Shown: positions 1 through 9,431, counted from the stretch's first letter. The stretch: DNA of 64,000 nucleotides from Bdellovibrionota bacterium (GCA_034180415.1 JAXFOK010000018.1:12539-76538), one strand, 5' to 3'. Numbers and translations are program-made. The notes: generated by a model from the letters alone, not told the origin.

Positions 1-1
1 T

Positions 2-301
2 GGATTTGCTATTCCAAGTAGATGCGATAAGACTCCAAATAGAAAATGTGCTATTCGAATTTTAGTTGAAAGATATGGGTTTAGAACATTTGAAGTTGCA
101 TATCAAGATGATACAAAAGCTATGTTTAAAAAGCTTTGGCCAAAAGAACATTTCAATATTTTTAGTTTTTCAAATGCAAATGCTCTTGCGCAAGTTGGAA
201 ACAGAGCTGAAAAAATTAAACTTAATGAGCTTAATTTCTCAGGCATAAAAGAATTTATGACGAGAATGCCTCTTGGAAGTAATACTCTAAATATGCAGTA
301 A
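2..301 (+). CDS. 3' end (C-terminal ~99 aa) of a gene that starts upstream of the window; function not recognised
   Basis: Frame 2 is open from position 2 to the TAA at 299-301 and the translation is protein-like (..VERYGFRTFEVAYQDDTKAMFKKLWPKEHFNIF..). The supplied track ORF 66..248 is in a different frame and looks spurious. Confidence 0.4.
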   Translation, partial: GFAIPSRCDKTPNRKCAIRILVERYGFRTFEVAYQDDTKAMFKKLWPKEHFNIFSFSNANALAQVGNRAEKIKLNELNFSGIKEFMTRMPLGSNTLNMQ

Positions 302-452
302 AATTACTAAAATTTGTATCTAATTTGTAAAAAATTTTTAAATTGTCATTATTAAATTAACGATAATCATTAATTATCATCTTTAAGTTATAAATTGAAA
401 AATAACTAACTTATTTCTAATAAAATTTTTATAATTTAAAGGAATAAATAAT

Positions 453-677
453 ATGAAAAAAAACATCAATAAAAATACAAAGAACAAAGAATTCATTAAT
501 AGTCAAATTGAATCAGTACAAACTACAATTGGAGATTTGATAGAAGCTATTTCAAAAATTTCACTTGGAATTTGTAATGACAAAGAGGAAGCTTACAAAT
601 TAACTTCTAAAAGAATTTCTCAAATTCTAGCTCAGAATAATAAAAATTTTAATGATATAAATAATATGGACGCTTAA
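453..677 (+). CDS. hypothetical small protein (74 aa)
   Basis: ORF with an upstream GGAAT purine-rich stretch; composition only, no recognisable domain. Confidence 0.3.
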   Translation: MKKNINKNTKNKEFINSQIESVQTTIGDLIEAISKISLGICNDKEEAYKLTSKRISQILAQNNKNFNDINNMDA

Positions 678-711
678 AAAACATTATTAAGCTAAGTTAT
701 ATTTTTATTTT

Positions 712-1434
712 ATGTTAAAAGTTAAAAATATTTATAAAAATTTTGAAAACTTTGAAGTCCTAAAAGATTTAAATTTTACAGTTTCACCTTCTGAAATTTG
801 TGTTTTCTTAGGCGTAAATGGCGCTGGAAAAACCACGACTATGAAAATACTTGCTGGAATTTTAAAACCAACAAAGGGTGAGATAATAATCGATAATATA
901 AATTTTAAGGATAATCCTAACTACTGTAAAAGTATAACAGGTTACATTCAAGATAGACCATATTTTTATGAAAAATTATCAGTTAGAGAATTCTTAAGAT
1001 TTATTGGTGGACTATATGGGTTAAAAAAAGATATTACAAATGAAAGGATTAAAAAACTTTTAGCCCATTATCAAATAGAAAGTAAAATCGATTCTTTAAT
1101 TGAAAGTTTATCTCATGGAATGAGGCAACGCCTAGCTATTTGTGCAGGTCTTATTCATGAGCCAAAACTCTTAATAATAGATGAACCAATGGTAGGATTA
1201 GACCCATATGGAGCAAAACTTTTAAAAGAATCATTAAAAGAATATGCAAAAAATGGTATGGGAATTTTAGTTTCTACTCATAGTCTTGATGTAGCAGAAG
1301 AGTTAGCAGATAAAATTTTAATTATTGATAAGGGAAAAATAATTAAAAATACATCTTTAAGAGAAATCAAAGAAGATAAAAATTTTAAATCATTAGAAGA
1401 TCTTTTTATAAGTATTACTGATAAAAATTTATGA
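712..1434 (+). CDS. ABC transporter ATP-binding protein
   Basis: Walker A GVNGAGKTTT, signature-like LSHGMRQRLAI, Walker B LLIIDEP. Confidence 0.9.
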   Translation: MLKVKNIYKNFENFEVLKDLNFTVSPSEICVFLGVNGAGKTTTMKILAGILKPTKGEIIIDNINFKDNPNYCKSITGYIQDRPYFYEKLSVREFLRFIGGLYGLKKDITNERIKKLLAHYQIESKIDSLIESLSHGMRQRLAICAGLIHEPKLLIIDEPMVGLDPYGAKLLKESLKEYAKNGMGILVSTHSLDVAEELADKILIIDKGKIIKNTSLREIKEDKNFKSLEDLFISITDKNL

Positions 1435-3032
1435 AGCTATTAATTGCACTTATACCAAGAGTAAAAGAATTAATTAATGAGATGAAAAGTATTATTAAAA
1501 ATCCAGAGAAATCAGGAAGAATAATATTTTTATTAGTAATTTCATCTTTGCTAATTTATGCAACTTATATAGGAACACTTTTTCTAGCCAAATTTTTTCC
1601 AATACCATTTTTTCCGTTAAATTCAATTTTTACAATGCTTTTTGCATTAATATTATTTTCGGGCGCTATAATATCAATAAATGAGTTTTTTGTTTCTAAC
1701 GACTTAAATATATTTTTAAGCAGTCCACTAAAAAGTTTTTATTTTTACTTTGGGAAAATTGTAATAACTATTTTTTCGGCTTCCTGGATGCCAATTGCAC
1801 TTCTCATTCCATGTCTAATTGCTTTTGGTGTATATTATAATCAAGGGGCATTATATTATTTAATGATGCCTATAGTAATAATTCCTATTTTATCTATTCC
1901 GATATTCTTAGGTAATATTTTTGTTTTTCTATTTTCAAAATTAATACCAATAAAAATTTTTAAAGAAGTATTATTCTTTTTTTATATTACTGTATTTTTA
2001 TTAATGGGAGTAATAATAAAAAATTTATTTATAATTAAATATGAAAATTTTAATACAATTCCACCTAACGCCATGCCATATCATAAAGTTTCATATATAT
2101 TAAATGATTTATTACTAAACAAAGGCTTACTAATTAACAACATCTCATATTTGTATATTTTAACTTTATTATTATTATTAATCTCATATTACATTTTTAA
2201 AAAAAGTTATTTTGAAACATTAAATATAATATCATCTTATTCGTCTGCAAAAACTATTGTTATTAAAAAATTAGAATCTTTCTCAGAATATATTACTAGT
2301 TTTTTAGGTATAACAAGGCAACAAATATTTTTTAAAGAATACAAGACATTCTTAAGAAATCTAGGGCAAGCTTCTCAGATTTTCTTATTACTTGGAATAG
2401 TATTTTTATATTTTTCAAATTTAAGTGTTGTCGCAAAGATTTCAAATTTTGATGACAACCCTCTAATTACAACTATTGTAAATTTAGCAGTATGTTCATT
2501 TATATTAATTGCATTTTGTTCTCGATTTATATATCCAAGCCTTTCGTTAGAATCAAAAGCCTATGATATATTTTTAAAAAGTCCTATTAATTTAAAATTA
2601 TTATATAATAGCAAGAAAACTTTTTGGTTATTTTTCTTAAGTATCATTTCTTTGGTAATTTTTATTTCTACATCATTTGTATTAAATTTTACGCCTAAGT
2701 TAATTCTTTTAAGTCTTATATGTGCATTAGTATTACCTTATGGATTAATTAATGTATCTCTTTTTACAGGAAGTTACTTTTTAAAGCTAAACTGGAAGAA
2801 TCCTTATGAACTTTGTTCTTCAATTGGTAGCTTATCATGTATGTTACTAAGCATGTTATATTTATGTTTATCAGCATTATTTGTGTGTAAATTGTATCAA
2901 TATATGAATTTTGAAAACTATAATTTAAAAGTAATGAGCATATTAGTTTTATTTATAATATTTAATATACTAATTGCACGGTTTCTAACTTTTCTAAGTA
3001 TACGAAAATTAAAGGAAAAAATTTTACTTTAA
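1431..3032 (+). CDS. ABC-2-type transporter permease (polytopic membrane protein, 533 aa)
   Basis: 4-bp start/stop overlap with the upstream ATPase gene (operon); highly hydrophobic with many predicted TM helices. Confidence 0.7.
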   Translation: MKLLIALIPRVKELINEMKSIIKNPEKSGRIIFLLVISSLLIYATYIGTLFLAKFFPIPFFPLNSIFTMLFALILFSGAIISINEFFVSNDLNIFLSSPLKSFYFYFGKIVITIFSASWMPIALLIPCLIAFGVYYNQGALYYLMMPIVIIPILSIPIFLGNIFVFLFSKLIPIKIFKEVLFFFYITVFLLMGVIIKNLFIIKYENFNTIPPNAMPYHKVSYILNDLLLNKGLLINNISYLYILTLLLLLISYYIFKKSYFETLNIISSYSSAKTIVIKKLESFSEYITSFLGITRQQIFFKEYKTFLRNLGQASQIFLLLGIVFLYFSNLSVVAKISNFDDNPLITTIVNLAVCSFILIAFCSRFIYPSLSLESKAYDIFLKSPINLKLLYNSKKTFWLFFLSIISLVIFISTSFVLNFTPKLILLSLICALVLPYGLINVSLFTGSYFLKLNWKNPYELCSSIGSLSCMLLSMLYLCLSALFVCKLYQYMNFENYNLKVMSILVLFIIFNILIARFLTFLSIRKLKEKILL

Positions 3033-3154
3033 TTTTCATTTATTTAATAACTTCACCTCTTGATTAAAATTTAATATCCTAACATAATACTTGAATTAAT
3101 TAGGTTTTTTCTTAAATATTTCGCATAGGAATTTAACAAAGAAAGGACAATCCC

Positions 3155-4321
3155 GTGTCACCTATAGAACTTCAGGATAGAGACAAATGGATAAGCGTTC
3201 TTACTGCAATTCCACCGTCTTCAATTTGGACTTACGCTCAGTATTTCCTAATAACTGAGCTGGCTGACAGAAAATGGGAAGCCGAAGAAATATACAGGAA
3301 GCAAAAAAACGAAAGTGAACAAAACCTGGAATCGTTAGATGATTTGACCAAAACTTGGGCAAAAATCATGCTCTTATTGTCCGGGTTGTTCATAATCATT
3401 CTAAAGATCTTCATGCTTGCTTTCTTCTATATCGGCTTCATCAATAAGAATTGCAAAAAGTACATCACTCAAATTGAGAAATCACTCGAGGAAAAAGCTG
3501 ATTGTGCCTGTAAGTCAAAAAAGAATCTAAGAGTAAAAACCGTAGATGAAATTTCGGCTGAAAAAGGAATAACACACTTTGAGGATATGGTTGATAACCT
3601 ATTTAAAAATAGTGCAGATAATATCTACATTAAGGCTTATATAAACAACTTTCTCTCGAGTGTGATGGCAATCGGTCAACGTTGGGCAGTGGCAGAATTA
3701 AACTGCCGAGCAACAGAAAGCTCGCAGGATAGAGCAGAAGCACTATGGCGAGGCGGATTTATGATTAGAGCCTTTGGCTTTGGTACAATTAAGCTTATTC
3801 GTCAGCTTCTAGCGATACTTGCGATTGGTATGGCTGTGCCATTTCTGATCAATCTGTTTGCAAAAACTCCTAACTATTCCATTATAACAAACCTTGCCCA
3901 AGGCATTGGTTGGACGGCGATTCTCTGGGCAATAACGCTTGCGCTTACTCTGTTTTTAAATGATAGGCGTATGGCGAAAATTTGGAAAAGAGCGAAGCTT
4001 GCTTCTCTTTTAGCCCAAAAAACGAGATCGGAAGAATTAATTAAGGTTTTTAATGAGGTGAAAAATGCGATACAAAATTGCTTAACTCCACTCATTAATA
4101 GTATCGAGGATTCCATTTTGAAACTTCTAATTCTCGATAACATGAGACAGATTGATGAACTTATAAAAAGGGAGGAAAGTAAGCTTAAAAACTTTGATAG
4201 CGAAATAGCGATGATAAAACAGAACTTAAATCTAATAGAGAAGATTAAGCAAATCCTAGATACATCGTCGCAAGGAGATGCCATCGAACAACTTACAGAT
4301 GGTATCACAGATGCTTTCTAG
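3155..4321 (+). CDS. membrane protein of unknown function (GTG start; about 4 TM helices plus a C-terminal coiled-coil); GC-elevated, likely horizontally acquired
   Basis: 388-aa ORF whose GC is visibly higher than the flanks. Hydrophobic segments at about aa 70-95 and 205-260, and a heptad-like C-terminus. Isolated between an operon end and a terminator. Confidence 0.65.
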   Translation: MSPIELQDRDKWISVLTAIPPSSIWTYAQYFLITELADRKWEAEEIYRKQKNESEQNLESLDDLTKTWAKIMLLLSGLFIIILKIFMLAFFYIGFINKNCKKYITQIEKSLEEKADCACKSKKNLRVKTVDEISAEKGITHFEDMVDNLFKNSADNIYIKAYINNFLSSVMAIGQRWAVAELNCRATESSQDRAEALWRGGFMIRAFGFGTIKLIRQLLAILAIGMAVPFLINLFAKTPNYSIITNLAQGIGWTAILWAITLALTLFLNDRRMAKIWKRAKLASLLAQKTRSEELIKVFNEVKNAIQNCLTPLINSIEDSILKLLILDNMRQIDELIKREESKLKNFDSEIAMIKQNLNLIEKIKQILDTSSQGDAIEQLTDGITDAF

Positions 4322-4350
4322 ACCAATCGAAGGTTTGTTTCCGAGCACAT

Positions 4351-4389
4351 AAGAGCCGCGTTTTAATCAAAGCGCGACTCTTTTTTTTA
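4351..4389. terminator. bidirectional rho-independent terminator between convergent genes
   Basis: AAGAGCCGCG-ttttaatcaa-AGCGCGACTCTT hairpin followed by T8. Confidence 0.6.
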
Positions 4390-5175
4390 TCTTTTATAAA
4401 CTTTATAATTTTTAGGGATTTTTATATTAAAAACATCTTGTTTTACGTTGACATCATATTCTTTCTTTGTAACAAAGAAATTCATTAGTAATTCATTTTG
4501 AGGAATTATAACATAAAGCGCATTATTTGATTTTTTGATTCGCATTATAAGTTCTTGTCCATTATCTTTCCAATTATCATAAGTAACTAGTGACAAATCT
4601 TTTAAATTAAATTCATAATATTCATTTTTATTTTTACTTACAATTTGAAGAATCTTATAATCTTTATTTTCTAAAATATAAAAATCATAATTATTAACAT
4701 TATCTTTTGTTAAATTATTATTACCTGCAATTATTTCCATAAGGTTTTTATAATCGATATCTTCCTTCCATATTTCTTTAAATATATTTTTTATATCACC
4801 TGTTTTTATTGCAATCTTTTGCTGCCTATCTAAAAACATAGCCTCATTTTCATTTTGGGTTAAAATATGAAGTGATAAAAATGTTTCAGGAGGAAAAGCT
4901 TCTATACGAACAAATTCTTTTTTATCACTTAAATTTTTATCATATATAAATAAGTATCTAAACTTAAACCCCTCACCTTTTTCAATCAAAATGACATCTG
5001 AAAGGACTCGTACATTATTAAAATTTTTATTATTCTCTACTAATTTGTCAAAGAAAACATTTTTCTGCTTATCAGAAACAATATTTTTACTTATATTGGG
5101 AAATGTAATTTTATTACTTGAAAAACATCCTGTAAAAGATATTAAAATAAATAAAATTAATATGAATCTTTTCAC
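4387..5175 (-). CDS. lipoprotein, function unknown
   Basis: N-terminal signal peptide with lipobox-like FTGC, asparagine/lysine-rich. Confidence 0.6.
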   Translation of the reverse strand: MKRFILILFILISFTGCFSSNKITFPNISKNIVSDKQKNVFFDKLVENNKNFNNVRVLSDVILIEKGEGFKFRYLFIYDKNLSDKKEFVRIEAFPPETFLSLHILTQNENEAMFLDRQQKIAIKTGDIKNIFKEIWKEDIDYKNLMEIIAGNNNLTKDNVNNYDFYILENKDYKILQIVSKNKNEYYEFNLKDLSLVTYDNWKDNGQELIMRIKKSNNALYVIIPQNELLMNFFVTKKEYDVNVKQDVFNIKIPKNYKVYKR

Positions 5176-5200
5176 TTTGTCCTCAATTTTTTAAAGCTTA

Positions 5201-6961
5201 TTATAAATCTTCTAACTTATCTTCCATTCTTTCTATTGATTTAAGTTCATCGCCTGATAATTTATCATTCTTTTTAGCTAGACCTAATTTATAGTATTTT
5301 TTAGCAAGTTCTTTATTACCATCTGCTAAATAAACATCTCCTATATGCTCGAAAATAACGATATCATCATCAGCTAAATTAAGTGCTCGAAGTAATAAAT
5401 CGAGTGCTTCTTTATACTCTTCTTGCTTAAACTTAATCCAACCAAGTGTATCAATGTAATAAGGATTCTTAGGATCTTTTTCTAACGCTCTATTTATATA
5501 CTCTAGCGCTTTATCCAGATTAATATTATCTTCTGCCCAAGAATATGCTAAATAATTCAAAGCCTCTGCATAATCAGGATTTTTTGTAAGAATATAATTC
5601 ATTTTTTCAAGTGCTATATCTTTTTTTCCAGATTCATATTGTAAAACTGCATATTGAAAAATTATATCCAAGTCACCAGGTTTTTTCTCAAGAAATTCTA
5701 AAATTAATTTTTCTGAATCAGAGCTTTTTTCTAATTTTCTATAAATCATAATAAGTGTAGTAGCAATTCTTTTATCAAATGGAACATTTTTATAAGCTTC
5801 TTCTAACACTTTTTTTGCGTTATCATCTTTATCTAATTTTCTAAGAACATAAGCTAAAAGTAATTTAGCATCGATATAATTTTTCTTTTCATCATCAAAT
5901 TTAACTTTTTCTAGCTCGGTAGCAGCTTCTTCATATTTTTTTTCTGCTGCATACACAGTACCAAGTGCGTATCTTGCGCCTGTGTGTTCAGGATTAGACG
6001 CTAAAAGCAAGTTTAATTCTTTTGCCGCCTCTTCAGGCATATTTTTTTGCATATATATTAGTGCAATTTTATATCTAACTTCTGCTGTTGCTTCTTTTGA
6101 ATCTTTTAATGCATTAAAATGAGAAAGTGCTTCATCTAGATTATTATCTTGAAGTGAAAGCTCAGCTAAAATTCTTCTTGCTAAAGAATGATTAGGATTT
6201 TTTTCTATAACATTTAGTGCAACTTTTTTGGCATCTTCAAGTTTACCTTGTAAAACTAGTATTCTGCAAAATTCCATTGCAAGCACATCGTTTTCTTTAT
6301 CAAGTTCATAAGCTTGTTTTAATATACTTTCTGCTTTAGAAATATCCTTTTGTTTTTCATAAATTCTAGCTAAATATTGATATGAAATAACATCATCTGA
6401 AAACCTTTCTTTCATTTGTTCTAAAAGCTCTTGGGCTTTTGCTATATCTCCTTCTTCTCTATAAATATCCGCTAAAAGCAAATATGCGTTCTTTTGTTTT
6501 GGATCGTTTTTTAAAATAAACTTATAAGCTTTTTTAGCTTCATCACTTTGAGAAAGAGCTTCACAAAGCCCGGCTTTTATGTAGTAATTATCAAGTTTAA
6601 TTGGCGCTTCTTTAATTGCGATTTTAATTTCATCTAATGCTTTTTCTAGAAGTCCTTCTCTTAAGTAAAGTTCTGCAAGTTTTGAATGGACTGCTGCTGA
6701 GTTTCCTTTTGACAATTCGCCAGCTTTTTTTAAATTACTAAGTGCTGAATCAAAATTTTGATCAAATAAATCCATATTTCCCATTAAAAAATGGTGAAAT
6801 GATGATGACTGTTGTTCCATATTATCTTGCATAAAGCTAACTTTGGAATTTTTTATATCAACAGTTGGCGGTAAATCTGTTGGTGGAACGCTTGAACAAG
6901 CAATAACGACTAAACTAATGATAAAAATTGAAATAAAGATAACTTTTTTCACGCAAATCAC
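5201..6961 (-). CDS. tetratricopeptide-repeat (TPR) protein with N-terminal membrane anchor
   Basis: Repeated A..Y/L..A..A 34-residue helical repeat pattern throughout; N-terminal hydrophobic segment. Confidence 0.8.
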   Translation of the reverse strand: MICVKKVIFISIFIISLVVIACSSVPPTDLPPTVDIKNSKVSFMQDNMEQQSSSFHHFLMGNMDLFDQNFDSALSNLKKAGELSKGNSAAVHSKLAELYLREGLLEKALDEIKIAIKEAPIKLDNYYIKAGLCEALSQSDEAKKAYKFILKNDPKQKNAYLLLADIYREEGDIAKAQELLEQMKERFSDDVISYQYLARIYEKQKDISKAESILKQAYELDKENDVLAMEFCRILVLQGKLEDAKKVALNVIEKNPNHSLARRILAELSLQDNNLDEALSHFNALKDSKEATAEVRYKIALIYMQKNMPEEAAKELNLLLASNPEHTGARYALGTVYAAEKKYEEAATELEKVKFDDEKKNYIDAKLLLAYVLRKLDKDDNAKKVLEEAYKNVPFDKRIATTLIMIYRKLEKSSDSEKLILEFLEKKPGDLDIIFQYAVLQYESGKKDIALEKMNYILTKNPDYAEALNYLAYSWAEDNINLDKALEYINRALEKDPKNPYYIDTLGWIKFKQEEYKEALDLLLRALNLADDDIVIFEHIGDVYLADGNKELAKKYYKLGLAKKNDKLSGDELKSIERMEDKLEDL

Positions 6962-7129
6962 CTAAAACAAAATAAAACTTTAAAAGGATATTATTACCTA
7001 AGAGATAGCTACACTCTTTTAATCATAGTAACTTATAATTATTTTCTTAACAATCAGATATTACTAAAAAATTTAATCTTTCCGCTCTTTACTTATTATT
7101 TTTATATTGGTATATTAAATCATCATTTT

Positions 7130-7202
7130 GACCCTATCGTCTAGTGGTCTAGGACGCTAGCCTCTCACGCTGGAGACACGAGTTCGAACCTCGTTAGGGT
7201 CA
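7130..7202 (+). tRNA. tRNA-Glu (anticodon CUC)
   Basis: Cloverleaf folds by eye. Acceptor GACCCTA/TAGGGTC, D-arm GTCT..GGAC, anticodon stem CTAGC/GCTGG with loop CTCTCAC (U33, anticodon CTC, A37), T-arm ACGAG-TTCGAAC-CTCGT, discriminator A. Architecture is very close to canonical tRNA-Glu. CCA is not encoded. Confidence 0.85.
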
Positions 7203-7382
7203 TATTCTCTTTATCACATATCAGAAGTCAAGTACAAAAAGACAAGAAACGGCAATCAATTAGCAAAAACCAATATTAGCTATTAGAGAAAATCAGAAAT
7301 CAGATAACAGACACCCAGCACCATCCCCACGAGAGCAGATTCGACGAATAAAAAAACAAGAACAAACAAAGTACAAAATAGA

Positions 7383-7431
7383 CAAGGCATTGAAGAGTAA
7401 AAATTGGCAAGGCGTGAAAAAGACGAGACAT
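7383..7431. repeat. 49-bp direct repeat, copy 1 (caaggcattgaagagtaaaaattggcaaggcgtgaaaaagacgagacat)
   Basis: Matches copy 2 at 47/49 positions; lies in the T-depleted tract after tRNA-Glu. Confidence 0.8.
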
Positions 7432-7559
7432 ACTTAGCTTTATCACAAAAAAAACGAGCGAAGTTAGTCTACACTATACAATCCGTAAAAATTAGTGAGG
7501 CACGAAAAAGTCAAAAATAATTAATTTCACCAAAAAAAACGGACAAGGTGCGGAAATTA

Positions 7560-7608
7560 CAAGGCATTGAAGCGTAAAAATTGGCAAGGCGCGAAAAAGA
7601 CGAGACAT
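7560..7608. repeat. 49-bp direct repeat, copy 2
   Basis: caaggcattgaagCgtaaaaattggcaaggcgCgaaaaagacgagacat, 177 bp downstream of copy 1. Shorter degenerate sub-repeats (gtaaaaattagtgaggcacgaaaaagtc) lie between the copies. Confidence 0.8.
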
Positions 7609-7694
7609 TTGATAGGACTCCACCGGAGGCGTACTATTAGTACGTTGAGGATGGAGTCACTATCAAATAACGAAGTATTTTTCGATGGATTGCC
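7608..7694. repeat. GC-rich structured intergenic element, copy A. Outer stem TTTGATAGGACTCC/GGAGTCACTATCAAA, inner hairpin GTACTA-T-TAGTAC, then motif ATAACGAAGTATTTTTCGATGGAT.
   Basis: About 75-nt alignment to 63470..63550 with conserved blocks GGCGTACT..TGAGG..ATAACGAAGTATTTTT(C/T)GATG(G/C)AT. Confidence 0.7.
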
Positions 7695-7702
7695 AATTTT
7701 TA

Positions 7703-8464
7703 CTAGTCGGAGAAGTCGACAAGACTCTTAGCTGGCGCAAAACGCACCCTACTCTTTGCCTTAATATGAACGATTTCGCCAGTTGTAGGATTTCTTCCGA
7801 TTCTAGCCTTTGTTTTTCTTACATAAAGCTTTCCAAGACCTAAGAATGGAACTTTGTAACCTTTTGAAAGAGCATCTAATATAAAATTTGTAATATCATC
7901 GCAAATTTCTTTTGCTTGGGCTCTTTTTTCAAGTCCACAGAAAGCTTTAATATTATCATAAAACTCTAATTGTGTGTAACTAAGAGTTGAATCATTATTT
8001 GGCTTAATTGCTGAAGTAATCTTTTCAACTTCTTGTTTTTCAACTACTTTTGAAGAATTATTCTTACTTGAAACATTGATTACTTTATCTTGTTTTGAAG
8101 ATTTTAGTGATTTGTTAAGCTGTACGTTACTTACTTTGACATTATCTTTTACCTGGCTTTTTGCTTGAATGCTTGTATCTTTTGCTTTTATATTTAATTT
8201 TGTACTCTTAACTTTTAAATCTTCAGTTTTAGCACTTTTAGTCTGAACTTTTTTGACATCTTTAACTTTAGAAGCAGCGATCTTTTTACTAGCTGATGCA
8301 ATTTGCTTTTTTGATTTAGTATCACTTACCTTACTAACTTTTTTACTTGTGCTCTTTACGCTTGCACTTTTTGAACTAGCTTTTAAAGTTTTTACATTTT
8401 TTTTAGGTTCAAGCTTTTTTGTTTTGCTTGTAGTTACTTTTTTAGCAGATGCTGCCTTAGCCAT
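7703..8464 (-). CDS. hup: HU/IHF-family DNA-binding protein with about 165-aa N-terminal Lys/Ala/Ser-rich histone-H1-like extension
   Basis: C-terminal 90 aa matches the HU fold (..FLGLGKLYVRKTKARIGRNPTTGEIVHIKAKSRVRFAPAKSL..). Start moved to the second ATG, which has a perfect AAAGGAG RBS. The N-terminus is K/S/A/T low-complexity. Confidence 0.8.
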   Translation of the reverse strand: MAKAASAKKVTTSKTKKLEPKKNVKTLKASSKSASVKSTSKKVSKVSDTKSKKQIASASKKIAASKVKDVKKVQTKSAKTEDLKVKSTKLNIKAKDTSIQAKSQVKDNVKVSNVQLNKSLKSSKQDKVINVSSKNNSSKVVEKQEVEKITSAIKPNNDSTLSYTQLEFYDNIKAFCGLEKRAQAKEICDDITNFILDALSKGYKVPFLGLGKLYVRKTKARIGRNPTTGEIVHIKAKSRVRFAPAKSLVDFSD

Positions 8465-8668
8465 ATTAGCTCCTTTCATAAAATATTAAATTTATTAGAA
8501 AATTATAGAAAAGTTATAAAAATTATAAACTTCCAATAAAATAACACTATTGCTATATATAATGTAAAACTGATATATTTATCAAGAGTTTTTTTTGCAA
8601 TATCTTAAAAAAAAACAAAACTGTCCTTTATAATTTTACTAAATTATTAAATTTATACAACAGAAAAT

Positions 8669-9313
8669 ATGCTAAAAAACAGATTATTATTAACCTTTAT
8701 CTTTATAATACTATATTTTACAGTATTTAATAACGCCTTATGTGAGATATTCGAGCAAAATAATATTTTTATTGATATTCCAAGTAACATGACTACGGTT
8801 AAAAGCGATTTTCCTATGGTTATAGCTCAAATAAAATACAAAGATAAGGATTTTCCAACGGTAACAATAACTAATGAACAATCAAAGGATACGGCTAATC
8901 TTTTACCACAAGAGCTTGAAGCAAGGTTAAAGGAGACTTATGAAAGATTAGGATTTAAAGTTTTAACATCTAACTTTCTAAAAACGCAGGCAATTTCTAC
9001 TTATACTTCAAATTTATTTCAAATTGAGTATACATATAATGGACTATTATTTGTGTCACTTATAAACATTTTCACCTATAATGATCAAACTTACTATATT
9101 ACGACAATAAACAAAATAGATAACCAAACTCCATTAAAGGAAACTATCAAATTTCAAGAAGGGTTTTTAAACTTTATTTCTTTAGAAAAGAAAACATTAA
9201 CTAATGATTCTAAAAGTAGCAATGAGACTAAAAACAATTCTGCATCAAATATCTTAATCGGGTGTATTGCGTTACTTGGGAGCGCCATTTTATTTGCGGG
9301 CAAAAAATCTTAA
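8669..9313 (+). CDS. hypothetical exported protein with C-terminal TM anchor
   Basis: N-terminal signal-like hydrophobic segment; C-terminal ILIGCIALLGSAILFAG. Confidence 0.5.
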   Translation: MLKNRLLLTFIFIILYFTVFNNALCEIFEQNNIFIDIPSNMTTVKSDFPMVIAQIKYKDKDFPTVTITNEQSKDTANLLPQELEARLKETYERLGFKVLTSNFLKTQAISTYTSNLFQIEYTYNGLLFVSLINIFTYNDQTYYITTINKIDNQTPLKETIKFQEGFLNFISLEKKTLTNDSKSSNETKNNSASNILIGCIALLGSAILFAGKKS

Positions 9314-9431
9314 AAACTAACATATTAATATTGTTTTATTTCCTTGCAATCACTTCGTCTATATTTTATAGTACTTGTTACAAAGCTATTTATAAGTAGA
9401 TTTTTAATTATATTTTTAAATTGAGGTAAAA

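Noticed and set aside
7383-7608. Possible CRISPR-like array from the 49-bp direct repeats after tRNA-Glu
   Set aside because: Only two full repeats with one 128-bp interval, degenerate sub-repeats rather than uniform spacers, and no cas genes anywhere in the window.
7330-7630. tmRNA (ssrA) candidate, suggested by GATTCGACG at 7340..7348 and TCCACC at 7620..7625
   Set aside because: No tRNA-like acceptor/T-arm pairing, no recognisable tag-peptide ORF ending in a stop, and the CCA-like end is followed by GGAGG. The similarity is too fragmentary to call.
9314-9431. T-box or lysine riboswitch leader upstream of lysS
   Set aside because: The 118-bp leader is AT-rich with no T-box consensus (AATTAGGGTGGNACCGCG) and is too short for an L-box.
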